Below are positions 9,211-17,771 of a stretch of DNA of 64,000 bases, piece by piece. Under the pieces are notes generated by a model that saw only the letters and a list, made by a program, of their open reading frames with translations, made no database searches and was not told the origin of the DNA. The DNA lies in NCBI GenBank assembly GCA_963825585.1, contig CAWGTX010000001.1:669613-733612 (forward strand). Direction: 5' to 3'. Numbering within the stretch: the stretch's first letter is position 1; each line of letters opens with the position of its first letter. Source of the DNA: an uncultured bacterium (GTDB lineage Bacteria > Actinomycetota > Acidimicrobiia > Spongiisociales > ZC4RG35). The translations under genes and the position numbers were made by a program.

Positions 9211-10251
9211 ATGACGAGCGGAGATGTGATGACGGGTCCGGCGGTCGCCGGCAACGCAGAGACCAGGGGTGTGGTCGTTCGCGACGTCACCAAGGTCTAC
9301 AAGCCATCCTCGAAGGTGCTCAGCTTCCTGCTCCGTTCGCCCATCAAGAACGACGTTCACGCCCTCAACGGAATCAGCTTCTCGGTGCCCGCCGGGGAGA
9401 TCTGTGCTGTCGTCGGCCCCAACGGTGCCGGGAAGTCGACCACGTTCCGGATCCTGATCGGGCTGACCACCCCCACCACCGGCTCGGCCACCATCATGGG
9501 AATGAGCTGTGTGACCGAGTCGATGGAGGTCCGAAAGGTCATCGGATGGATGCCTTCGGAGGATCGAAGCCTGCTCATGCGCCTCAGCTGCGCCGACAAC
9601 CTGGTGTTCCACGGTCAGTTGCAGGGTCTCAACGGCAACAAGCTCAAGCAGCGCATCCAGGAGTCGCTCGATCTGGTGGGCATCGGGCACCGGGCCCGGG
9701 ACTCGGTGTTCTCGTTGTCATCCGGAATGCGGGCGCGGCTCCAGCTGGCCCGTTCGCTCCTGCATCAGCCCAAGGTGCTCATCCTCGACGAGCCCACCGC
9801 CACCGTCGACCCGATCGCCTCGTACGAACTCATCAACACCCTGCAGCGGGTTGCGGCTGAACGCAACATGTCGGTGCTCATCAGCTCGCACCGCCTCGAC
9901 GAGATCGAAGCGCTCAGCTCGCACGTGATCCTGCTCGACGGCGGCGCCATCAAGTACGACGGTGATCTCGAATCGCTCCGGGACCTGTGGACCCGGCCCA
10001 GGGTCGTCGCCGAGTTCCGGGATCCCGATGCGGCCCGGACCGCCGAGAAAGCCCTGTCGTCGGGTCAGGTGGTGGAAGTCGACACCACCGAGAGCATGGG
10101 AGTGGGCGGCCTTCTGGTCGCAGGGGCCACCATCGGAGACGTGGTGTCGTCGCTGCCGCCCGAATCCACTCGGGCGCTCATCACCATCCGGGAGGACCGA
10201 ATGCCCCTCCGTGACCTGCTCGCCGCCGTCTACCGGGGTGACCAGGTATGA
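9211..10251 (+). CDS. ABC transporter ATP-binding protein, ABC-2/Wzt/TagH-like polysaccharide exporter, with ~95-aa C-terminal extension
   Basis: Walker A GPNGAGKST, signature LSSGMRARL, Walker B LILDEPTATVD. Its stop overlaps the start of the downstream permease. Confidence 0.85.
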   Translation: MTSGDVMTGPAVAGNAETRGVVVRDVTKVYKPSSKVLSFLLRSPIKNDVHALNGISFSVPAGEICAVVGPNGAGKSTTFRILIGLTTPTTGSATIMGMSCVTESMEVRKVIGWMPSEDRSLLMRLSCADNLVFHGQLQGLNGNKLKQRIQESLDLVGIGHRARDSVFSLSSGMRARLQLARSLLHQPKVLILDEPTATVDPIASYELINTLQRVAAERNMSVLISSHRLDEIEALSSHVILLDGGAIKYDGDLESLRDLWTRPRVVAEFRDPDAARTAEKALSSGQVVEVDTTESMGVGGLLVAGATIGDVVSSLPPESTRALITIREDRMPLRDLLAAVYRGDQV

Positions 10252-11072
10252 AGCGCATCAAGGCGAAGCTGTGGAGGATGAAACAGACCTCTATGGCCTT
10301 CCTCCGTGCCGACATCGTCGAAGAGGCGAGTTATCCGATGTCGCTGGTGCTCGGCCAGGCCGGCATCGTTGTGCCGATCTTCGTGTCGTTCTTCATCGCC
10401 GACCTCGTCGGTGACTCCAGGGAGGTGGGTGGCGACTACCTCACGTTCGCCACCGTCGGGCTGGCCATGAGTGCCGCCCTCCAGGCCACCCTGCAGGGGT
10501 TCGGAACCCGGCTCCAACAGATCCAGGACCGCGGTCTGTTCGAGTCGATCCTGGTGGAGCCGATCAAATGGTTGTGGATGCCGGTCGCCATGAACCAGTG
10601 GAACATGTTCCGGGGGTTCATCAACGCCATCTTGTTGCTGCTCATCGGCAGTGCCCTCGGCGCCGACATCCGGCTGGCGGGCATCGGCGCCACTGTGGTG
10701 ATCGTGTTGGCGGGGATGGCGGCGGTCAGTTCGATCGGCATCCTTTCTGCCAGCCTGATGGTGCTCGCCAAACGTTCCCAGCCGGTGGTGGTGCTGTACG
10801 GCCTGGCCGCATCGATCTTCGGTGGCGCCCTGTTCTCGTTGTCGCAGCTGCCCACCTGGCTGCAACCGATCAGCTACCTCTTCCCGCACACCTACGTGCT
10901 CAACGGCGTCCGTTCGGCGTTGATGGACGATCCGGGCACCTTCGTGATGCCGGTTCCGGATGCGCTGCTCGGACTCGGCATCACAACCCTGGTGGTGGGC
11001 GGCATCGGGCTGTTCCTGTTCCAGAAGTCGTTGCAGACCGCCCGCGAACTCGGCCTGCTCAGCGGGTACTGA
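10248..11072 (+). CDS. ABC-2 type transporter permease (Wzm-like)
   Basis: Six-TM hydrophobic profile typical of ABC-2 permeases. ATGA overlap with the ATPase gene. Confidence 0.8.
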   Translation: MKRIKAKLWRMKQTSMAFLRADIVEEASYPMSLVLGQAGIVVPIFVSFFIADLVGDSREVGGDYLTFATVGLAMSAALQATLQGFGTRLQQIQDRGLFESILVEPIKWLWMPVAMNQWNMFRGFINAILLLLIGSALGADIRLAGIGATVVIVLAGMAAVSSIGILSASLMVLAKRSQPVVVLYGLAASIFGGALFSLSQLPTWLQPISYLFPHTYVLNGVRSALMDDPGTFVMPVPDALLGLGITTLVVGGIGLFLFQKSLQTARELGLLSGY

Positions 11073-11073
11073 C

Positions 11074-11940
11074 ATGACGGCCGTCAAGGAGCTCGCCCGC
11101 CAGAAGCTCTCGGTCAACGCCCGGCACCAGATCTCGCTCCTCCGGGTGAAATCACGGATGGCATGGCCGTCCATGGGCATGCTCCCGAACGTGCTCGTGA
11201 TCGGAGCCCAGCGGGCCGGCACGTCGTCGATCTACCGCTACCTCGGATCACATCCCGACGTGTTCGCCTCACTCCGCAAGGAGGTCGAGTACTTCTCGAC
11301 GCGGATGTCGATGGGGGAGCGCTGGTACCGGGCCCATTTCCCGTTGATCACCCGCCCCAAGCTGGCGTTCGAGGCAACCCCCGACTATCTGCTGCATCCA
11401 AGGGCGGCCGAACGTGCCGCCGCACGCATCCCCGACCTCAAAGCGGTGGCGCTCCTCCGAAGCCCCGTCACCCGGGCCTTCAGCCAGTACGGCCATCAGC
11501 GTCGTTTGAACAAGGAGCCGCTGAGCTTCATCGATGCGCTCCGGGCCGAGCCCGAGCGCATCGCCGGCGACCTGGATCGACTGGCCGCTGATCAGGACCA
11601 CCCCGGCATCGAAGTCCGCGTCCACGGCTACATGGAACGGGGCCGCTACGCCCCGCAACTCCAACGCTGGGTCGACGCCCTGGGACGCGAGCGCATCCAC
11701 GTGATCCGCACCGAAGACCTGTGGGCCGACCCGGCCGGCACGTACACCGGCCTGCTCGACTTCCTCGGCCTGCGCCACGTGATGCCCTCTTCCCTCGGCG
11801 AGAACTACAGCTACGTGAGGGACACCCCCAAACCCGAGAAGGCGATGCCGCCAGAAGCCGAGGCCCACCTCCGCCAGCAACTCCAGCCCGAGATCGAAGC
11901 GATCGAGGCGATGCTCGGGCGGCAGATGGGGTGGCTCTAG
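11074..11940 (+). CDS. PAPS-dependent sulfotransferase family protein
   Basis: LPNVLVIGAQRAGTSSIYRYL 5'-PSB motif. ATG at 11074 lies 2 nt after the permease stop. The longer ORF start at 10960 would overlap the permease. Confidence 0.8.
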   Translation: MTAVKELARQKLSVNARHQISLLRVKSRMAWPSMGMLPNVLVIGAQRAGTSSIYRYLGSHPDVFASLRKEVEYFSTRMSMGERWYRAHFPLITRPKLAFEATPDYLLHPRAAERAAARIPDLKAVALLRSPVTRAFSQYGHQRRLNKEPLSFIDALRAEPERIAGDLDRLAADQDHPGIEVRVHGYMERGRYAPQLQRWVDALGRERIHVIRTEDLWADPAGTYTGLLDFLGLRHVMPSSLGENYSYVRDTPKPEKAMPPEAEAHLRQQLQPEIEAIEAMLGRQMGWL

Positions 11941-11954
11941 TAGGCCGTTGACCC

Positions 11955-12194
11955 TTCACGGTTCACGGTTCGCCGTTCGGAGGTCACCGATCTGCGGCAC
12001 AACGTAGAACGTTCAACGTAGAACGTACGGGTCAGAGCGGTTCGGACGCCCAGCTACGAGTGATCGCCAGGCGGCGACTCCTCGGTTGACTTGGGCCAAG
12101 GCAGAACGTATCGACAATGCAGCGGATCAACAGGCCGACCTACCCGCCGGGCGGTCTCTTGCGTTTTGAGTTCAACGGTGAACGGTGAACGGTG
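11955..12194. repeat. Low-GC intergenic segment bracketed by imperfect inverted direct-repeat arrays (TTCACGGTTCACGGTT ... AACGGTGAACGGTGAA) with an internal AACGTAGAACGT x2 repeat
   Basis: Tandem heptamers at 11955-11980 and 12171-12194 are near reverse complements of each other. AACGTAGAACGTTCAACGTAGAACGT lies at 12001-12028. GC is clearly below the local average. Confidence 0.4.
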
Positions 12195-12195
12195 C

Positions 12196-12335
12196 TCAAC
12201 CCACCTTCCCGCTCGAGCATTGTGTCATCTTGGCGATGGACTCAAAGCTCTCGGGGACGAGCTCTGCGTCGTCGATCGCCAAGTCCGCCGAGCGAGAGCC
12301 GCCCTCGGCCAGGTCATCGAAAGGGCCACGGAGCA
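12196..12335 (-). pseudogene. Acyl carrier protein 3'-end fragment (paralogous to ACP gene at 17526..17771), lacks the Ser attachment site
   Basis: About 85 nt (12196-12285) are ~80% identical to the last codons of the ACP gene (17523-17610), translating DLAIDDAELVPESFESIAKMTQCSSGKVG versus DIEIDDEELVPENFESIAKITGLVSGKVG. No DSL motif upstream. It abuts the YciI gene. Confidence 0.5.
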
Positions 12336-12629
12336 CTAGCTGCGGGCGGCGAAGTCGCCGATGCCGAGGATCTGGTGGAGGTCCCAGTCGATCAGCTCGA
12401 AGCGGCATTCACCGCCGTCGGTGAACGGGTCGGCGGCTGCGATCCTGTGCGCCTCCTCCGCTGTGTCGGCCCTGATCAGGTAGAGGCTGACTGAGCGGTC
12501 TCGACTGGGACCCGACATCAGGACCGTGCCGGCCAGGTGCTGGTCTCTCATCCAGTCGAGATGCTCTTGCAGGGTCACCGTCCATTCGGAACGAGGGCGC
12601 AACGGACGACGCAGGCAAAGGAAGTACAC
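12336..12629 (-). CDS. YciI-like (YCII-related) domain protein
   Basis: 97-aa ORF with a typical YciI stretch, ...HLAGTVLMSGP...ADTAEEAHRIAAADPF... Confidence 0.65.
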   Translation of the reverse strand: MYFLCLRRPLRPRSEWTVTLQEHLDWMRDQHLAGTVLMSGPSRDRSVSLYLIRADTAEEAHRIAAADPFTDGGECRFELIDWDLHQILGIGDFAARS

Positions 12630-13155
12630 GGTCTCTCCATCCTCGTGGGCTAGCGATTGTTGCCGCTGTCGCCCGGTGGTGTCGGGAAACGGCGATGGCT
12701 GGGGAGCGAGGCACCGCAGTCAGCGGTGAGGTTCAGGAGAGCGGTCCGGGTGCCGGGGCGGCCTCGCCCAGCCAGATCGAAGGTCGCCGCCGCCGTCGAT
12801 CGAGAAGGTGTGATCCCGCTGTTGTCGGCAAGATGTTCGGCTCCGGCCTCGAGCTTCGTGCCTCGCCGAGCACGTACCAGCGGGAGATGCCCGGGTAGCG
12901 GCTGACCTCTCGAGGCAACACCCCGCTGGATCCTCCCCGGGCTCGAGCCGGATCGTCGCCTCCGCCCAGCCGCTGACCGACGGGAAGGGCGGTGAGCGCC
13001 CGTCGTACGAACCGCAGGACCTGCGTTCGAACGCGATCGGTCAACAAGGCTCAGGCGTGACCTCCCGTTCGCCTGCCGGCTCCCGACTCCCCGTCATGCC
13101 CGTGCTCACCGGGCGCAACAGTGCGTCTTCTCCCGGCGGTCTCGCCCCGTCGGGA

Positions 13156-13695
13156 TCACTGCCCGTCGTCCGGGCCGCTTGGGTCGGCCGATGTCGCCGG
13201 CAGGTCTCGAGCGTCGCCCGTCCGGTCGGCAAGGACGGGAGCAGTGAACGGGAGGGCGGGTGCCAGCGCGAGGCCGATCGGGGTGGCGAACCGGATGAGG
13301 GCGGCCACCACGACGACGGCGCCGAGTGCGAACCACAACCGACGCCCCACCGATGTGCCGGCATCCTCGCGGACGGTCACGGCCGCTCCCACGGCGTAGG
13401 CACCGATCAGTGCAGTGGCAGGGTCCGCCACCAGGAGGACACCGCCGATGCCGAGAGAGAGGACCAACGCCCACACGACGGCGCCCGCCGCACGGTCGTG
13501 ACCCGAGCCGAAAGCGGCAACCATGAACGCAGCCGGAATCAGTGCCAGCCCCAGCGCCCAGGCGGCAGCGATCGGCTCCTCGCTCGCGCCGGCCGCCACC
13601 CCTATGACGAGCGCCCAGAATGAGATCGTGACGACAGCTGTGGCGCCGGCGACACCGAGCAGAAGCCGACGCGGCGTCGTCGGATCGCCGAACAT
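13156..13695 (-). CDS. Hypothetical integral membrane protein
   Basis: 179-aa ORF with 4-5 hydrophobic helices, lying directly downstream of the ABC permease genes on the same strand. Confidence 0.45.
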   Translation of the reverse strand: MFGDPTTPRRLLLGVAGATAVVTISFWALVIGVAAGASEEPIAAAWALGLALIPAAFMVAAFGSGHDRAAGAVVWALVLSLGIGGVLLVADPATALIGAYAVGAAVTVREDAGTSVGRRLWFALGAVVVVAALIRFATPIGLALAPALPFTAPVLADRTGDARDLPATSADPSGPDDGQ

Positions 13696-13708
13696 CTCAG
13701 CCAGGTGA

Positions 13709-14653
13709 CTACCCCTTGACCGATCCGGCGGTGAGGCCCCTGACGAAGTATCGCTGCAACCCGAAGAACACCACGAGCGGCAGCGCCATGGTCAGGAATG
13801 CCCCGGCCGTCAGTAGGTGCCACGCCTCCCCACGCGAGCCGTTCAACTGGTTCAACGCGATCGTCAGGACCTCGACGTCGGCCGACGAGCCGAGGAACAC
13901 GAAGGCGACGAGGAAGTCGTTGAAGACCCAGAGGAACTGGAAGATGGCGAAGGCCGCCAAAGCCGGTACCGACAACGGGACGATCAGCCTCGTGAATATC
14001 GCAAAGTGATCGGCCCCGTCGATCTCCGCGGATTCGATCAGCGACGACGGCAGTGAACCGATGTAGTTCCTGAGGAGGTAGATCGCCAGGGGCAGCCCGA
14101 ACCCTGTGTGGGCGATCCAGACGCCGAGGAAGGTACCGTTCAGGTTCAGCGCCGGAAACAGCGTGAAGTCGCCGAACGAGATCCCGGACGTGTAGAGCCG
14201 GAGGATCGGGATGAGCGCCATCTGGAGCGGCACCACCAGCAACGCCACGACGACGACGAATATCGTCTGCCGACCCGGGAAATCCATCCAGGAGAACGCA
14301 TAGGCTGCGAACGCCGCGATCGTGATCGGGATCACCGTGGCGGGCACGGCCACCGTCACCGTGTTCACGAAAGCGTTCCCGAAGCCCTCGTCGAGGACGG
14401 TCCGATAGTTCGAGAGGGTCCACTGCGACGTGTCGGCGAACGTCGTGAACACGGTCCACCAACCCGTAGTGTTGATCGCTTGTGCCTCGCGGAACGAGCT
14501 CACGAGCAGTCCGAAGGTGGGAACCAACCAGATCAGCACCACCAGGGCGACGATGATGCGGATCAGCCACAGGCCACTCTCGGCTCCGACGTTCCCCTGT
14601 TCGCCGCGTGTTGGTGACGCCACTCTCTTTGCCGTTGCCGTGGTCGCCGTCAT
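13709..14653 (-). CDS. Carbohydrate ABC transporter permease (MalG-like)
   Basis: EAA-type loop [21 protein letters not shown] (MTATTATAK) confirmed at 14653, in an ATGA overlap with the upstream permease. The N-terminal 143 aa of track ORF 13709..15082 is an artefact. Confidence 0.85.
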   Translation of the reverse strand: MTATTATAKRVASPTRGEQGNVGAESGLWLIRIIVALVVLIWLVPTFGLLVSSFREAQAINTTGWWTVFTTFADTSQWTLSNYRTVLDEGFGNAFVNTVTVAVPATVIPITIAAFAAYAFSWMDFPGRQTIFVVVVALLVVPLQMALIPILRLYTSGISFGDFTLFPALNLNGTFLGVWIAHTGFGLPLAIYLLRNYIGSLPSSLIESAEIDGADHFAIFTRLIVPLSVPALAAFAIFQFLWVFNDFLVAFVFLGSSADVEVLTIALNQLNGSRGEAWHLLTAGAFLTMALPLVVFFGLQRYFVRGLTAGSVKG

Positions 14654-15795
14654 CGCATCGCCTCCTCTGCCCGGAACCGTCTCACGTTGAGGATCATCAC
14701 CGGGATGACGGCCACGAACATGAACACGGCGACCGCAGCCCCTCGTCCGAAGTGTCTGAGTACGAAGAACTCGTCGATCATCTTCTGGGCGATGATCTCT
14801 GTGCCGAACTGTCCGCCTGTCATGACCCAGACGATGTCGAAGATCTTGAGGACATTGATCACCATCGTCGTGAGTACGACCACGATGGTCGACATGATGC
14901 TCGGCACGGTGACTCTCCAGAACACTGCCACCTCGGAGGCACCGTCGATCCGGGCCGCCTCGAGGATGTCGGTCGGGACGGCCTTGATGGCCGACGACAG
15001 GATCACCATGGCGAATCCGGTTTGCAGCCAGATCATGATGACCATCAGCAGCAGGTTGTTCCACGGCTGCTCCTGAAGCCACGGCACCGGGTCGGCGCCC
15101 ACACCGACCATGATGCCGTTGAACAGTCCGATCTGCTCACCGAACCCCTCCGGTCGGAAGTTGTAGACGAAGCGCCACACGATCGCCGCTCCGACGAACG
15201 AGATGGCCATCGGGAGGAAGATCATGGACTTCGAGATCGACTCAGCCCGCTTGAGCCTGTCGGCGAGCACCGCGAACCCGAGCCCGATCGCGGTGGCCAC
15301 CATCGGCACGACGATCACCCATCCGACGGTGTTGCGGATCGCCCGCAGCATCCGCTCGTTGGTGAACACGTATGCGTAGTTGTCGAGCCCGACGAAGGCG
15401 TCACCGGTGGGACCCGTGAAGCTCAGCCACAGGGTGTTGAACGCCGGATAGACGAGATAGATCGTGAGCACGACGATCGCCGGGCCCACGAAGGCAAACG
15501 GACGGACCTTCCGCCCGAGGCTGTCGGGCAGCAGCTTGATGAGCAGGTCCATGCCCCAGTAGAGGCCGAACACCCCGAACACGCCGACAACGAGCGCCAC
15601 CAGGATCACCATCGTGCGGGGAGCGTCCTGATTGCGAAGGAACAGGAACGACTGCCACAGCAGGATGAAAGCAACGATCGGGACCGCCAACGAGACGACG
15701 ATCCGCAGGACGCCGGCGGTCAGGCCGGCCTGTTCACGACTCGGAGAAGGCGGGGGCGGCGAGGCCGCGGGCTCTTGGATCGTGGGTGTGCTCAT
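14650..15795 (-). CDS. Carbohydrate ABC transporter permease (MalF-like)
   Basis: [21 protein letters not shown] loop with multiple TM segments. Start MSTPTIQEP at 15795. Confidence 0.85.
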   Translation of the reverse strand: MSTPTIQEPAASPPPPSPSREQAGLTAGVLRIVVSLAVPIVAFILLWQSFLFLRNQDAPRTMVILVALVVGVFGVFGLYWGMDLLIKLLPDSLGRKVRPFAFVGPAIVVLTIYLVYPAFNTLWLSFTGPTGDAFVGLDNYAYVFTNERMLRAIRNTVGWVIVVPMVATAIGLGFAVLADRLKRAESISKSMIFLPMAISFVGAAIVWRFVYNFRPEGFGEQIGLFNGIMVGVGADPVPWLQEQPWNNLLLMVIMIWLQTGFAMVILSSAIKAVPTDILEAARIDGASEVAVFWRVTVPSIMSTIVVVLTTMVINVLKIFDIVWVMTGGQFGTEIIAQKMIDEFFVLRHFGRGAAVAVFMFVAVIPVMILNVRRFRAEEAMR

Positions 15796-15901
15796 CGCAG
15801 GTCTCTCCTCCTCCGGTCGGCTCCAATCGTGAGCCTCGGAGGGGGTGGCGGTGACCGCCACCCCCTCCGAGCATCTGGTTGTCCGGTGCTACCGGCTCAG
15901 C

Positions 15902-17131
15902 TCAGCCCGCCGGCCAAGCGGCATCGATCTCCTGCATCACCTGCTGGACGTTGTCGGGTCCACCGGTTGCGAAGTCGATCATGCCCTGCCACTCGGAACC
16001 GGATCCCACCTCGGGGGGCATCAGGTCCGAAGCGTCGAAGCGGGCCTCGCCACTGGCGATGGCGGCGATAAGTGTCTCGCTCGCCTGAGAGATCAACTCG
16101 TTGGTGTAGCAATCGGCGCCGACGTTGACGTTCGGCGAGATACGAGAGATCCCCTCGATCGAGCCCTGAGCACACTGCACATCGTCGGAGACGAATCGCT
16201 GCAGGAAATCCAGGACCTCCGGCCGATTGTTCAGCACGGCTGCCATCTCACCGGCGAACAACGCCCCCTCAGTACCGTCGATCGACGGGAACGGGAAGAA
16301 GTTGTAGTCCGTGATGGGGGTCAGGCCGTCCGGGAAGGCCTCGGGGTTCGCATCGAAGAAGTTCGTGATGAACGTCGCCTGCCGGTGCATGTAGCAGTTC
16401 GGCTTCTCGCGGTCACTGAACATGGGGTCCGGCGCATCGCGGAAGTCGATCGACGGAGTCTGACCCGCCCCGCCGAGCACGTAGCCCTCGCCGAACAGCA
16501 CCTCACCGAAGGTCTCGGCGGCTGCGATGATCTCGGGGCTGTCGAACTTGACCTCGTTGGTCACCCACTGGTCATAGACGTCGGTGCCGGCCTGGCGAAG
16601 GACGATGTCCTCCATCCAGTCGGTGGCCGGCCACCCGGTGGCGGCCTCCGAACCCAGTCCGATGCACCACGGGGTGCCACCGTCGGCGACGATCTGATCC
16701 GACAGCGCCAGCAATTCGTCCCAGGTCGTCGGCGGTGTGTAGCTGTTCGCCTCGAAGGCGTGGACGTTGTACCAGACCGCGCTCTTGAAGTTGACGTTGG
16801 TCGGGATCCCGTAGTGCTTCCCTTCCACCTCGCCCAGCGAGATGAGGTACTCACCGAAGACCGATTCGAGCTCGGCGATGTCGTACCCGAGATCCTCGAG
16901 CGCCACCAGGTTCCCCTGCTGGGCCTGGGACACCACCGCACCTGGCTGCGGCCAGATGGCGATGTCCGGCGGATCGCCGCCCTCGATGCGGATGACGATG
17001 TCCTGCTCGAAGCTGTCGGACCCCTCGAAGGTGGCGGTGTAGTCGACACCGTCGGCCCCGTTGATTCTCTCGTCGATCACCTGGCTGATGGCGGCGGCCT
17101 CGTCTCCGGTGGGTGCGCCGGTCACTTCCAC
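15902..17131 (-). CDS. Carbohydrate ABC transporter substrate-binding protein (family 1 SBP); no signal peptide in frame
   Basis: Homologous along its length to the lipoprotein SBP at 55332..56732. The track ORF starts at GTG 17131. The upstream in-frame stretch reads a GDADGGTDGGGSGENTGA linker but reaches a stop at about 17219 with no start codon or lipobox. Confidence 0.75.
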   Translation of the reverse strand: MEVTGAPTGDEAAAISQVIDERINGADGVDYTATFEGSDSFEQDIVIRIEGGDPPDIAIWPQPGAVVSQAQQGNLVALEDLGYDIAELESVFGEYLISLGEVEGKHYGIPTNVNFKSAVWYNVHAFEANSYTPPTTWDELLALSDQIVADGGTPWCIGLGSEAATGWPATDWMEDIVLRQAGTDVYDQWVTNEVKFDSPEIIAAAETFGEVLFGEGYVLGGAGQTPSIDFRDAPDPMFSDREKPNCYMHRQATFITNFFDANPEAFPDGLTPITDYNFFPFPSIDGTEGALFAGEMAAVLNNRPEVLDFLQRFVSDDVQCAQGSIEGISRISPNVNVGADCYTNELISQASETLIAAIASGEARFDASDLMPPEVGSGSEWQGMIDFATGGPDNVQQVMQEIDAAWPAG

Positions 17132-17201
17132 GGCCCCGGTGTTCTCGCCGGATCCTCCGCCATCGGTACCACCATCGGCGTCGCCTACTGGCGACCTGGG
17201 G

Positions 17202-17215
17202 TGTAAGCGCTTACA
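17202..17215. promoter_or_regulatory. Perfect 14-bp palindrome TGTAAGCGCTTACA (LacI-family operator-like, AGCGCT core) upstream of SBP gene
   Basis: Exact palindrome; shares the AGCGCT core with the CebR boxes at 56783 and 56884. Confidence 0.4.
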
Positions 17216-17525
17216 AGGCTAACCACAAGTCGATACGCACCGCAACCGATCGTTGGTCACTTTCTTGTGGGCCGATGGCCATCGAGATCGGGTGCGGACA
17301 ACGGGTGATCGGCGGGATCCGACCCGACCAACGATTCGGCCGACCTTCACCGACGGACTCTGGCGGTTGTCCTCGCCATGGTGACCCTCGCCGATACTTG
17401 GTCCCGTGTTCGGCTGGCCGGCCTCGAAGTGGTTTCCACTGCCGGCATTGGGGCGCGGTCGGTGCTCCTCGCCCTGTTCGGGTTGGTGTTCGGGGTCGCC
17501 CTGCTCGGGCGCGATTCCAACCGCG

Positions 17526-17771
17526 CTATCCGACCTTCCCGCTGACGAGTCCCGTGATCTTGGCGATGGATTCGAAGTTCTCGGGGACCAGCTCCTCATC
17601 GTCGATCTCGATGTCGTATTCGGTCTCGAGGAACGAGATGATTTTGAAGATGCCGAGGGAGTCCACCACTTCCTTCTCGAGGAGGGGATAGTCGGCGGTC
17701 AGGTCCTCGGGGGCGCCGTCCCAGCTCAGCTCGCCGGCGATGAAGTCACGGATCCCGATCTCGATGCTCAT
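17526..17771 (-). CDS. Acyl/peptidyl carrier protein (standalone)
   Basis: 81-aa ORF with the phosphopantetheine attachment motif VVDSLGIFKIISFLE. ATGA overlap with the upstream adenylation gene. Confidence 0.75.
   Translation of the reverse strand: MSIEIGIRDFIAGELSWDGAPEDLTADYPLLEKEVVDSLGIFKIISFLETEYDIEIDDEELVPENFESIAKITGLVSGKVG

Noticed and set aside
12196-12408. 70-aa ORF as a functional second ACP
   Set aside because: Only the last ~29 residues resemble the ACP. There is no DSL/Ser attachment motif. The N-terminus overlaps the YciI gene in another frame. It is treated as a gene fragment instead.
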